Shown one piece after another: positions 1 to 11,644 of a stretch of 64,000 nt of DNA (the first letter of the stretch is position 1; each line of letters opens with the position of its first letter). The stretch is from assembly GCA_951406725.2 (NCBI GenBank), contig OX597840.1:34596001-34660000 (forward strand), given 5' to 3'. The notes beneath the pieces are model-generated. The model was not told the origin of the DNA and ran no database searches. It saw only the letters and a program-made list of their open reading frames with translations. The stretch is from Octopus vulgaris (lineage: Eukaryota). The translations under genes were made by a program, and so were the position numbers.

Positions 1-98
1 CAGGACCTCCGTAATGCTATGATGGACCGTGAAGTCTGGCGTAACAGTTAATTCCATCGCCTCGACCACGGTCGAATGATGATGATGATGATGATGAT
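1..98 (+). mobile_element. 3' tip of an RTE-like LINE with (ATG)n tail
   Basis: Frame 1 reads QDLRNAMMDREVWRNS*, resembling the C-terminal 'A.DR..WR' motif of RTE-clade ORFs; a short UTR and (GAT)n tail follow. Confidence 0.6.
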
Positions 99-614
99 GA
101 GTGAGAGAGAGAGAGAGTATGTGTGTGTGTGTGTGCTTATGAGGACATTTCTAGTACAGTCTCTCTCACTTACAGATCAATCATGTTTTAGGAACAGTCA
201 TTTGTTTGATGAACATAAAAAGTTAATGTGTGTTTTTTTTTTGGTGCCAGATAACTAACTTGTTGGTTTTATTTCATGAACTGTTGATTTGTTTGTTTTT
301 TGTTACTTGATCTAGACGTGTAGTTTCACATAGTTTCATAGAGTTGCCTTCCTCTTAATATTCATAAGTGTTGCACTTGCTGTGGGGTTGGGGAAAGAAA
401 GGCTTGGTTCATAGATTTTAGAAGTGGAACAGTGTGACAGTAAAGCAAGCATCTTGCCATCACCTCTGTCTTAGCATCATCTGTTTAATGTTTTCCATAC
501 TGGCATGGGTTCGTTAGGTGTGTACAGTAGTGTTCTATCTCCAGTTGCCACTCCCTGTTTCAGCTGAAATATATAACATTTTGCTTTACACCATCTTGCC
601 AAAACGTTATGCCT

Positions 615-836
615 CTTTCTTTACCACCCACAAGGGGCTAAACACAGAGGGTACAAACAAGGACAAACATACGGATTAAGGCGATTATATCGACCCTAGT
701 GCGAAACTGGTACTTAATTTATCGACCCTGAAAGGATGAAAGGCAAAGTCGACCTCGGCGGAATTTGAACTCAGAACGTAACGGCAGACAAAATACCGCT
801 AAGCATTTCGCCCGGCGTGCTAACAGTTCTGCCAGC
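615..836 (-). mobile_element. tRNA-derived SINE, family A (near full length)
   Basis: Reverse complement of the GAGCTGGCAGAA..GAGTTCAAATTCCGCCGAGGTCGAC family repeated many times in the window; flanked by a 21-bp direct repeat (594-614 / 837-857, 1 mismatch). Confidence 0.85.
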
Positions 837-1293
837 TCTTGCCAAAATGTTATGCCTGTGTGGTGAGACAGGAGCATCTCACTTGATCTGCTAGTAATAG
901 CAGCCAAATCTCCCTTAAAAGGAATCTTTTGATAAATAAAGGACACATTGGAGAATACAGTTATAAATACAATAAATACTATATATGTGAAAGCTAAAAG
1001 ATGAGAGTGCTTTGTATGCAGAGATCTTGCTCAGTCAGGTCTAACCAAGGGCTGAACAATAACAATAATATTGATATATATTACATATCCCCAGCTGTAT
1101 TATTTTAGCATCCCAAGTTCATGTTGCACAGTTTGTTAATCTCTTCTTGTTACAGAACCTCTGGCTTGTCTGGTTATGCCTTCATTGAACGTAACAGCAT
1201 CACATTTAAGGCACTGTTATTATTAGCTTATCTTTCATGTAAAAGATGAGCCTCCAAGCTTTAGACACACACGTTGGGATGAAATAGATAGAA

Positions 1294-1510
1294 TATTGGT
1301 TTCAAAATTTGGCACAAGGCCAGCAACTTTGTGGTTTGTGGGTAAATCAATTACATCAACCCCAGTGTTTCACTGTTACTTATTTTATCAACACCGAAAA
1401 GATGAAAGGCAAAGTCAACCTCAGCAGAATTTGAACTCAGGACATAAAAACAGACAGAATACTGCTAAGCATTTTCACTGGCATGCTAAAGATTCTGCCA
1501 GCTTGCCACC
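1294..1510 (-). mobile_element. SINE family A, diverged copy
   Basis: Shares GATGAAAGGCAAAGTCAACCTC..GAATTTGAACTCAG..TTCTGCCAGCT with the 615-836 copy. Confidence 0.75.
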
Positions 1511-2355
1511 CTGGGGGTGAAATATTGGAAGTTTTATCATGGTACTTACTTACAGCTGGTTGCATGAGAAGTAATTAAGGTGTTTAGGACACAATCGTAA
1601 GATCCTTGTTTTGATTCCTAAACTGGGTGATGTTGTTTCAGGCGGTTCAGTTGTAAATGAGTAAACCTTGTGATGGACAGGTGTGTCTCATTGGAGGGAG
1701 GATGTTGTGGTGTCAGTCACACCATGGAAACTGGGTAACTGAACTGGCCTTTGGAGTGAGTCCTAGGACTTGACAAAGGACGATGATTATGTTGGATGGA
1801 ACAGTGGTAGCAGGGTCACTAGGCATCTGTCTGACCCAGCCAGTTGTGGTTCTTGCAAGCATGGAAAATTACATATTAAATATGACGATGATGGTGATGA
1901 TGATGGTGGTTGTAGTGATGAAGAGGAGGAAGAAGAAAATGGGGATAGTTTGAATGTGAAGTGGTTTTTTTTTTGGATTTCAAACTTGAGTCAACTGTCA
2001 CCATTCAAGTATTTTTTTGTATTGTGATTTTCTGTGGGATGTGTGTGTGTGTGTGCGCGCGCTTGTTCATTTGTATGTGTGTATGTGTAAGAGCGAGAGG
2101 GAGAGAAAGAGAAGTTGAGAGAGAGAGGGAGAGAGAGAGGGGGAGAGAGGAAGAGAGAGAGCATGTGTGTTTTTACTTCTGTGATGCTCCTATATTTGTT
2201 GATGTTAGGATGTTGCAAAATCAAATAAAAATTGCATTGATTTATAAGAAATTAAAGTAGAAATGTCTAAGTTACTTTGATACATTTAAAGATATTTATT
2301 CCTGACAATTTTTCTTTCTATAGAAAGAATAAAAACTAGAATTGTTAACTTATTT

Positions 2356-3022
2356 TATCAGATCATCCCATAAGTTCTGTTCGATTTTACCTTCTTTTAA
2401 AATTGAATGAAATTTAATAGTATTTTAGAATGTCTAATGGAATTGAAAATTATTTTCATTCATTTGTGTATATTTAAACTAGAATTAAAATTTCTTTGAT
2501 TAAAACCCTTTCCAATATGGAAGTATCCAAAGAGCATTTGAGGCACAAAATGCTTTATGAGTACAAAAAAGGAAACTCTGCAGTCGAAGTGACTCAAAAC
2601 ATACACTCAGTTTATGGGAAAGAATGCTTGAATGAAAGAACTTGCAAAATTCAGAAGTGGAGATTTCAGCCTTGAAGATAAAGATCAAACAGGACGTCCA
2701 GTTGAGTTTGATGATAAGCTCCTTCAGGCATTACTTGAAGAAAATCCTGCATTTTCAGTTGAAGAATTGGCAATAAAGCTTAGTTCAAACCATACAACTG
2801 TTCATCGTCATCTTCAACAACTTGGAAAGTTTCCTAAACTTGGAAAATGGGTGCCTCATGAATTGTCTGAAAGCAACCGCAAATCCCGAGTTGACATCAG
2901 CTCTTCTTTCCATTCTCGCAAACTCATTTCACCCTTTTTGGATAGACTTGTGACTAGTAACAAAAAATGGCTCTTCTGTTGAAATGTTAAACGTCGTAAA
3001 CAGTGGCCTGGTCAAAGGGAAG
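2356..3022 (+). mobile_element. mariner (Tc1/mariner) transposon fossil, 5' half
   Basis: TA plus TIR-like TCAGATCATCCCATAAGTTCTGTTCG at ~2356. ATG at 2517 reads MEVSKEHLRHKMLYEYKKGNSA..ERTC, then frameshifts into AKFRSGDFSLED..GRP..WVPHEL (mariner linker motif). Stops follow; no complete DD34D domain or right TIR seen. Confidence 0.9.
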
Positions 3023-3224
3023 TGGGTGAGATAAGCACGAGTAATATACCTGGATTCTATTAAGTCAATTAATTACAACTTCCCACTGAAGTTTTGATCT
3101 TATTACTTACCAAAGTAGATGGAAAATATTTTTCTGTTACTGCCAATAAGTTAGTTTCATTTTAATTATTTCCTCAAAAAAAAAAAGACTTAAACATTTT
3201 AATTTTTGTTTTGTTAAGTTTAAT

Positions 3225-3282
3225 AATAGTAGCAGTAATAATAATAATAGTAATAATAATAATAATGATAGTAATAGTAATT

Positions 3283-3329
<47 letters not shown>

Positions 3330-3330
3330 T
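3225..3330. repeat. (AAT)n microsatellite
   Basis: Direct reading. Confidence 0.95.
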
Positions 3331-4462
3331 ACATGAAAAGATGTTATGTGTTTTTAGGGTGTAGTTGCTAAGTGCTTTATGTCCATGGTGTAAACCTGTC
3401 TATAGAATTGCTACAATTGATTTACCTAACTGCTATTAGTTTTTACCTGACTATTGTTCAGTCTCCAGTCAATCTTGACTACTTACTTAAGCGCTTCATT
3501 CCCTGTGGAGGCTACCAATGACTTTTCTCCGCTGTTCTCAACTCTGCTCTGTCTTTTCCTTAGAGAAGGCTTTCCTCTCTTAAGTCTTGTTGGCTTTGAA
3601 TTGTCAAAGAAGCTTCTGTAACTTTGCCTTCTTCCTTGGTAGGGTATCAGTTCTGCACAAACCCATTTTGTACCTATGGGGAGTCATGATCCTTATTAGT
3701 CTGGGTTCTGTTCATTGACTTGTCCAGCATGGGAGCAGGCCCCACTAGAAGCTTGCACTTTGCTGGCATAGCTCTTGGGGCTCATTTAGGCACACAAGTC
3801 ACCACAATGCAACAAAAGTAATTATGTGTAAACTTATAACCAGTAGGGATCAAACCTTATCATTCTATTACTGTGACTTCCCCTTTTGAAGATGGCAGGG
3901 TGTAGTAATTTGATGGCGATTTGACTGTTAATTTGTAAAGGTTCCTACATTTTTTGCTCAACTGCTTAGCTATTAGAATGGGCAGTTGGTTCTTTTGTAC
4001 AATGGTTGTCTTTTAGATCTCTGTCTTTTGTGTTCCAGCATTTACACTGACATTCTACATTGCACCAAATTTATCTGGTCACTCTTTTTATTTTCCTGAG
4101 TGAGTGATCAGAACATCCTTTCCTCTTCAGACACACACATACACAAAAGTAAAATAAAATAAAAAATATTCTAGATTTATACATCAATCCATGTATTGCT
4201 ATCACAGAAAACTATATAAAAGGGAAAAACAATGTATATTTCATTTTTTTTTTTTTGTAAATCTTTGAATTTTCTAATAAAACATCACATTACATTCTCA
4301 ATGGCAATATGTAAGAAAACAGCAGCTTTTTTTTTTTTTTTTATAGAATTTTTAATCCAACAGATTATTTATCAATTTGAATATTTCTCTTTCTTTTATT
4401 TTAATCTTGAACTGATTGCATCAATAAATGTATGTTTATTTTCTTATTTTCTTTTTCTTCAG

Positions 4463-4522
4463 GCTGAAAATTTAATTTTCAAAGACAGAAAACTAAATAT
4501 TGGACCAGCCATTAGAAAACAG
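4463..4522 (+). CDS. boule: Boule exon: C-terminal end of the RRM (AENLIFKDRKLNIGPAIRKQ)
   Basis: Polypyrimidine tract + CAG acceptor, 60 nt, phase 0/0, GT donor at 4523. The peptide closely matches the BOULE RRM end (human AEKLNYKDKKLNIGPAIRKQ, recalled). Confidence 0.95.
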
Positions 4523-4809
4523 GTGCTGACTCAATGTCCTTGATTTTATAGTGAAAATAAATCTCCTTCTAAGTTTTGTAAAAATGGTTTTCAAATATGA
4601 TTTGATGTTTGACTCTTGATGTAGAAAGGAATGTGTCTGTGTGAACTCTTTTGTTGCTCAGATGAATGAGGGTTCAGTGAAATACAGTGTGTTGGTACTT
4701 GTGTCTTGGTTTGCTGAATAACCAGTGAAATGATATCATTTTAGTGGGCATGGTTTGTGCTGAACCAGCCCCATTTTTTTTATTTGTTTTGGTTTGGCAC
4801 AAGTGACTG

Positions 4810-5236
4810 TAAAAAGCACCATCCAATCGTGGTCGTTGCCCGCCTTGCCTGGCCTGCGTGCCGGTGGCACATAAAAAGCACCATCCGATTGTGGCCGTTG
4901 CCCGCCTCGCCTACCCTCCGTGCCAGTGGCACGTAAAAAGCTCCATCCGATCGTGGCCATTTGCCAGCCTCGCCTGGCCTCCGTGCCGGTGGCACGTAAA
5001 AAGCTCCATCCGATCGTGGCCGTTTGCCAGCCTCATCTGGCACCTATGCCGGTGGCTCGTAAAAAGCACCCACTACACTCACGGAGTGGTTGGCGTTAGG
5101 AAGGGCATCCAGCCGTAGAAACATTGCTAGGATCAGACTGGGCCTAGTGCAGCCGTCTGGTTTCCCAGACCCCAGTTGAACCGTCCAACCCATGCCAGCA
5201 TGGAAAGTGGATGCTAAACGATGATGATGATGATGA
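4810..5236 (+). mobile_element. Retroposon family C (SINE or LINE 3' end) with four ~60-bp internal repeats and (GAT)n tail
   Basis: GGCACGTAAAAAGCACC repeats then GGAGTGGTTGGCGTTAGGAAGGGCATCCAGC..CCCATGCCAGCATGGAAAG..GATGATG; other copies near 9570, 20470, 26104 and 47660. Confidence 0.85.
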
Positions 5237-5444
5237 CATGAGGTCAGTAGTTATCCTAGGATGCAGGATTTAGTTAATCTCTTGCACAAAGAAATATTGT
5301 TATTACCACGTCATGAGAATTTACAAATTTTGATGTAGATGTGCATTTGTGTTCCATGGGCAACATTAGGGTTTTTCCATCCAAAGAATTTTGTAATTCA
5401 GTGCTTACCCCTATTATTTATATCTTTATCTTCTGCAAGATATA

Positions 5445-5818
5445 GGTGCAGGAGTGGCTGTGTGGTAAGTAACTTGATTACCAACCACATGGTTCCGGGT
5501 TCAGTCCCACTGCGTGGCACCTTGGGCAAGTGTCTTCTACTATAACCTCGGGCCGACCAAGGCCTTGTGACTGGATTTGGTAGACAGAAACTGAAAGAAG
5601 CCGTGTATATGTTTGTGTATCTGTGTTTGACCCCCAACATCGCTTGACAACCGATGGTTGTGTGTTTACGTTCCTGTAACTTAGTGGTTCGGCAAAAGAG
5701 ACCGATAGAATAAGTACTAGGCTTATAAAGAATAAGTCCTGGGTGTCGATTTGCTTGACTAAAGGTGGTGCTCCAGCATGGCCCACAGTTAAACGACTGA
5801 AACAAGTAAAAGAGTAAG
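5445..5818 (+). mobile_element. tRNA-derived SINE, family B (full length)
   Basis: Head GGTGCAGGAGTGGCTGTGTGGTAAG (A box) ..GGTTCAGTCCC (B box), then ACCTTGGGCAAGTGTCTT; near-identical copy at 58494-58920. Confidence 0.9.
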
Positions 5819-6052
5819 ATCCACATCAAAAGAGAATTCTTGTTATATTTACAAAATAGTCTTTCTACTTCCTTCTAATATATGTTGTTGTGTGTGTGTG
5901 TAATTTGTGTGTTTGTGTATGCATATGTGTGTGTGTGTGCATCTGTGCGCATGCGTGCATGCATTTTTCTGTTTTTGTAATATGTTGATTGAGCAAAGAG
6001 CTTTATTAATTAGTTCAATTAACGATAATTTTTGTTTTTGTTAAATTCACAG

Positions 6053-6106
6053 GTTCATATGACGACACAATTACTTGCAGATCTTTATGCTCAGGGAGCT
6101 GCAGAG
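6053..6106 (+). CDS. boule: Probable boule cassette exon (VHMTTQLLADLYAQGAAE)
   Basis: TTTTGTTAAATTCACAG acceptor, GAG|GTAAGG donor, 54 nt, open in phase 0/0 between two phase-0 exons. No homology recognised. Confidence 0.6.
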
Positions 6107-7233
6107 GTAAGGCATCTTTTATCATGTGCTGTTAATTCCTGCATGACTAAATATATCCTTAAAATCCTTCAAAATGTTTTAGCCCGAAGGCTGCGGCCAT
6201 GCTGTGGCACCACCGCTGATATATGAAAGTTTTCAAAAATTATATTGAAATATGGAGTTGAAACCTCAGCTAGTTGGCTTTCGTGTGTGTGTGTGTGTGT
6301 GTGTGTGTGAGAGATAGAGAGAGAGATGGAGAGAGAGAGAGAGAGCAGACATGGGGTTGTAAGTCTGATGGTTTGTACTGCCTCTGCTGCTGTGATGTGT
6401 CCATGGCTCAAAAGTAATTTTATTAACGACACAGTCCAACCTAGCCATGTGCACCCCCCCTCCCCAAGTTGTATACTTCATTTAATGTAAGGAATAGCAA
6501 CACTGTAAACTTTATGAACCTGTTGTTAGGTTCACAATGCTGAGTTGAATTGTTGTGTGAGGAATGTGTAAAGGAACTGTCTGGAACAGGTTGGGTCTGT
6601 TGCACTGTTTGGGTGCAACGCAATTTCCTTCTTTGTTTCCAAAAACTACCAGCGTCAGGAACAAGAAAGCAACCTTGGAAAATATGACACTTTATTTCGT
6701 TATTTACATAAAGAAGGCACGTTGGTAGATTGGTAACCACTTGGTGTAGGTACAGCAAGACTGAAGTTAAACATTTGTAAAGATGAACCTCACAACAACT
6801 CCAGCAGCAACAGAGCCGGTCAAATCCCAATCGTCTGGGACAGGAGCATAGGCTGATAACACGTTAAACACGTTTTCTCTCTTCAATAGCCATATCTCAA
6901 GTCACCGACACTAACAAGGAACGCAATAGACCCCCCCCCCCCCCAGTTTTTAGTGCATGTGCATGAGAGAACTTCCTTAGGCCTTTCCAGAAGGTTCCAA
7001 CCCCGCACACGCGCACTGAAGAGTGGCGTCACTACAAATGTCTTGGAATTACAGAGGTTCTGTTAGACTGACATAAGGTGGTCTTCAATTGTGTTCCTCT
7101 CCATTTTATGATACGTGAACATTTAATTAAAGTCAGGATTTTAATTTCTCTCTGTTTCTCCAGAAAAGTAAATTAAATTGATTGTATTGTTTTCAACAAC
7201 AAAACCACTTATTTTCTTTTTCTTTCTTTTCAG

Positions 7234-7258
7234 CAAGTATCACCAAGATCTTATGGAG
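7234..7258 (+). CDS. boule: Boule 25-nt exon (QVSPRSYG + 1 nt)
   Basis: Very strong pyrimidine tract + CAG and GAG|GTAAGT donor. It supplies the phase 0 to phase 1 switch that exon 40020 needs, and resembles BOULE QVGIPRS. Confidence 0.9.
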
Positions 7259-7845
7259 GTAAGTTGAAAAGAAAACAGAAATGTCTATCAAGTTATGTTA
7301 CGAAATGTGATTGTTTTTAGTCATTTCAGATTCTTTAGTTAAAGTTAGTTATTAATAGTATTAAAAAAAAAAAGAATTATGGTTTAGTAATAGAGGCAAC
7401 GTGATTAAAAGCAGAATGATACTGATACCAGCTAACTCCTTTGTTTAGAAACATTACTAGTTGATCTTACTAAAAATATGGTATAATGTTTCCATTAGGT
7501 TAACCAAAAAAAAAAAAGCTGCTATTAAAATTATGTCTATTTTATAGAATGAATCTTAAGTTGTACATGAAATTTTTTAAAAAATTTAAAAATAAAATTG
7601 AAAACCTGTGATGTTATTTATATTTTGGTTGAAATTATCCTCTGTATATATATATAATTTTTTTTTTTTGTCTTTTGGGATTAAGTAATGCTAATTAATG
7701 ATTTTCAATATATTTAAAACTAACAAATTCATGATTAAGTCATACAAATTTTTTCAGTTCTGTTAATGACAGATTAATTTTATTGTAGATAAAATTAAAT
7801 TTTTAATTATTTGATTAAGATTAATAAACTTCATTTAGGAAAATT

Positions 7846-7975
7846 TATTATTATTATTACTACTACTATTATTATTATTATTATTATTGATTATTATTAT
7901 TATTATTATCATTATCATCATTATCATTATCATTATCAATATCATTATCATTATCATTATTATTATTAATATTAC

Positions 7976-8022
<47 letters not shown>

Positions 8023-8036
8023 ATTTTATCATTATT
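7846..8036. repeat. (ATT)n/(ATCATT)n compound microsatellite
   Basis: Direct reading. Confidence 0.95.
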
Positions 8037-8099
8037 GGTTATCATTGTATTTGGCTTCTTTAATGAGGGACATAATCAAGAACTTGAGATATTTTGTTT

Positions 8100-8446
8100 T
8101 AGAAACACCCAGTGCTCAGGTGCACTACAACATGGAATGATGCACAGTAAATGAACAGTGAATGAATTTTTAAAAAAAAGGGGGAATGGGACATGAGGTG
8201 TACTGTTGGTGAATTTCAGGAAGCATGGAAGTTTAGAATAATGTCTTAAATTAAGTAATTTGTTAAATAAAGGATTAATTTATGTCCAATAAATTTAGAA
8301 TATTGACTGAAAATTTCCCTCTTTAAACTGGGAAGTAATTGATTGCTTTTAGTAAATAAATAGTTTTCTGAAAATCTTTCTACCTGCTATTAATTGACTG
8401 CTGAGCAGAATTGGACAATAGTAGAAATTTCTGTGAGTGATAGTGT

Positions 8447-8485
<39 letters not shown>

Positions 8486-8823
8486 TGTATGTGTATGTGT
8501 TTGTGTGTGTGTGTGTTTTGATTTGAGAAGAGGGGAAGTTCCCAATAAAGAAGAGGGTCTGTTTATTATAGTACTGAGAATGCTTTGTCACTAGTATGAA
8601 GTGCATTTGTGCATGTGCATATGTGTGTATGTAAAAATAATAAAGAACTTGGGGTATACCGTGCTCAAGTGCTGCACTGTGACTCATTAGAAAAAGTAGC
8701 CAAAAGTGCATGAACAATGCACGAAAAATGAACAGGCAGTGAACAGTGAATGAGTTGTTTAAAAAAATAGGTGGTGGACATCAGGTGTATTGTTGGTGAA
8801 CTTCAGGAAGCATGGAAGTTTTG
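8100..8823 (-). mobile_element. Two fragments (about 8100-8245 and 8655-8823) of one LINE-like 3' end
   Basis: Both carry GTGCTCA(G/A)GTGC..GAACAGTGAATGA..AGGTGTA.TGTTGGTGAA.TTCAGGAAGCATGGAAGTTT; the same tip occurs inverted with an (ATT)n tail at 47602. Confidence 0.55.
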
Positions 8824-8851
8824 TATACATGTGTATGTGTATCTATTATAA

Positions 8852-9220
8852 TCTCTATATATATAAATGGCAAAATGTCTGTGTGTGTGTGTGTCCTTTA
8901 TACAAACCCACTATTTTTCAGTTAGAGGGTTCGCACTTTCTATGGTCATTCAAGACCGTCCAAGGGTGGTCGTGCACATCTTTACATTTCCCCAGTCACC
9001 CTGCAAAGCCATTAAAAAAATCAATAGAGGTGACTTTTTTGTGAATTTTCTATCCAAAACCCAATCAAAATGCCCGAAACTTGATACGCCAATTGAATGC
9101 CAGGTATCTGTATGTGATTGGTCGGAGATTTGGACAGCACTCACGTGTATGTGTGCACGCACGCAGCTGTATATGCATGCACTAGCGCTATGACCCGGCG
9201 TTGCCAGGTCATAGTGTTAG
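8852..9220 (+). mobile_element. Non-autonomous Helitron
   Basis: A|TCTCTATATATATAAA 5' end, internal (TG)n, 3' palindrome 9181-9221 ending TTAG|T (decayed CTAG|T); no TSD. Confidence 0.7.
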
Positions 9221-9261
9221 TATATTATACAATATTATTATATTATATCTATATGTAAAAA

Positions 9262-9560
9262 GCACATGGCTCATTGGTTGCAGTGTCGGGCTTACAATCA
9301 TGAGGTTGTGAGTTCAATTCCCAGACTGGGTTGTGTGTTGTATTCATTAGCAAGACACTTTATTGCTTCAGTTAATGAGTTGCGACATTACTGGTGCCAG
9401 GCTGCATCAGCCTTTGCCTATCCCTTGGATGGTATCAGTGGTATGGGCAACTGCTAGTCTTCCATAAACAGCCTTGCCTGGACTTGTGCCTTGGAGGGGA
9501 ATATCCTATGTCCAGTCCCATGGTCATTAATGTTTGAGCGGGGGAGGTCTTTACCCCCTT
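9262..9560 (+). mobile_element. tRNA-derived SINE, family D, diverged
   Basis: GCACATGGCTCATTGGTT..GAGTTCAATTCCC..AGCAAGACACTTTAT; related copies near 1560, 35480, 62420 (-) and 63740 (-). Confidence 0.65.
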
Positions 9561-9569
9561 TTATAAAGA

Positions 9570-9908
9570 ACCATCCAATCGTGGCCGTTGCCAGCCTCGC
9601 CTGACCCCCATGCTGGTGGCACATAAAAAGCACCATCTGAGCGTGGCCATTGCCAGCCTCGCCTGACCCCCATGCTGGTGGCACGTAAAAAGCACCATCC
9701 GAGCGTGACCATTTGCCAGCCCCGTCTGCCACCTAAAAAGCACCCACTACACTCACGGAGTGGTTGGCGTTAGGAAGGGCATCCAGCCATAGAAACATTG
9801 CCAGATCAGACTGGGCCTGGTGCAGCCTCCTGGCTTCCCAGACCCCAGTTGAACCGTCCAACCCATGCCAGCATGGAAAGCGGACGCTAAATGATGATGA
9901 TGATGATA
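9570..9908 (+). mobile_element. Retroposon family C copy
   Basis: Same internal repeats and 3' end as 4810-5236, with a (GAT)n tail. Confidence 0.85.
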
Positions 9909-11644
9909 CTTTGTATGTATGCATATACATGCACACACATTGCCTTAGGGTAAACCTAGTGGGCTATTGTACTGCTGTTATATCCCTTTACACCTAGGTT
10001 AACTTTGCTTGACTCCCTTTATGGGGGTTTATAAAATGAGTATCATACAAGAAACTGGAGTCAGTATAATAGACTAAACGTGCAGCTTGGTTGTTGTAAA
10101 ATGTCCAAAACCAAAATTTTGTTTCAAATATTTAAAAGAAAAAAAAAAATCATTAATATTAATTGTGTTAATGAAATTTTTTTTAATTAAGCAATTTAAA
10201 AAAAAAGTTCTTGTTCCAAACCTAAAATACTTCAAATTTGTCACAAATGTAGTTTAACTTGGTGGCTTTTGCTTTGTGCGCATGTGTGTGCAACTGTGTG
10301 CATGCATGCGATTTTGCATTTGTCTTGGATGCTATTCAGGCCAAAGTGATATTTATGTCTGCCCTGCATAAAGAAACCTGGCAGCTAATCTGATCATTTG
10401 AATGAAGAACCTTGGTGCTTGGCCCCCAGAGCAGCTGCAATAACTACCTAAAACTCTTTATCCAGTGTATTTTTGTTTTGTTTTAGGATAGTCAAGAGAT
10501 TTTGCTGCTATTTCTAGCAAGTAGATTGACCACTTGAAGCCCTTCTACCCACCTCAGTTCAGTTATATAGAACAGTAGTAACAGGGTTCTACCCTAAACT
10601 TTCAGATAATTTTCATTCCTTCATGTCACACCAACAAGGGTGACTCTATATAGTTATGTTGTTTTAGATACCTGAACCGCTTAACACACGAAAATATATT
10701 TGTTGTTGTTGTTGTTGTTGTTGTTTAACCTCCCCGCCCCCTTCCACAGTGAGTCTTAAATCAAGCAACCCTATCATTAAACGTGTTATTATAAATGCGA
10801 GCATCCTATCTATTTTACTCAAACACAGTTGGGTGGGGGGGTTGTGGGATATTTCGCTGCTATTTTTAGCAGATTATGTGACCTCAAAGGTGCACCCTTA
10901 GTCGTTTGGTATGTAACCAAACAGCCTGTGTGTACAGGATTCCATCTTGTGTAACTATTGCAGTTATTACTTCAGCTCTCAGTCTATTAATACCTGTCAT
11001 CTAGTTTCTACCTTACTAATATCTTAACCTTACTGTTGCAACTGATGGTAGGCAAGCAAAAATACCTCCCTCATTATCAAAAGCTCTCTCTCTCTCTCAG
11101 CTTCAAGTACTAATAGGGATTCTGCACCAATGTATAAAAACTGACTTGGTTTCGAAAACTAAACACAGTCTATTTTAGGGTATTTATCACTCTGCTACAA
11201 TCCTTCAGGTCCCTTTTTAGTGCTTGGCTTATTATATTTTTGTCTTTTACCTAGATTCATAATCGGTGTGTGCTTGTGTATGTATGCACATGTATACACA
11301 CACACATAAACTTTCACACACACATGGTTGCATGGGTCAGATGGAATTTGTTGAGGCAGATTTTCCTGCCACTTAACCTCACCTGTTTCCAAGCAAAGTA
11401 ATATTTCCACATGGTCAGTCATATGCTTGTTTATGACCATCACATGATGTTGAGACAAGGGTACCCTGTGCCACACACACATGATGGGTGGCCTTTTCTA
11501 TTTCTGTCTACCAAATCCACACTTAAGGTATGGGTCTGTCTGAGACTATATAGTAAAAGACACTTGCCCAAGGTGCCACACGGTGGGACTGAACTCAAGA
11601 CCACATGCTTGGGATGCAAGCCATACCTTTTTGTATATACATTG

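Noticed and set aside
1156-1250. Acceptor-like TTGTTACAG followed by TSGLSGYAFIE, reminiscent of an RNP1 motif
   Set aside because: Does not match the Boule RNP1 (KGYGFVTF), runs into a stop and has no convincing in-phase donor; likely chance. The true RNP1 exon appears to be upstream of the window.
4810-5070. Regularly spaced palindromic repeats resembling a CRISPR array
   Set aside because: Spacers are near-identical to each other, the unit is part of a dispersed eukaryotic retroposon, and there are no cas genes.
5445-5520. tRNA-like A/B boxes at SINE heads (families A, B and D)
   Set aside because: No complete cloverleaf; each continues into SINE body and tail, so they are not tRNA genes.
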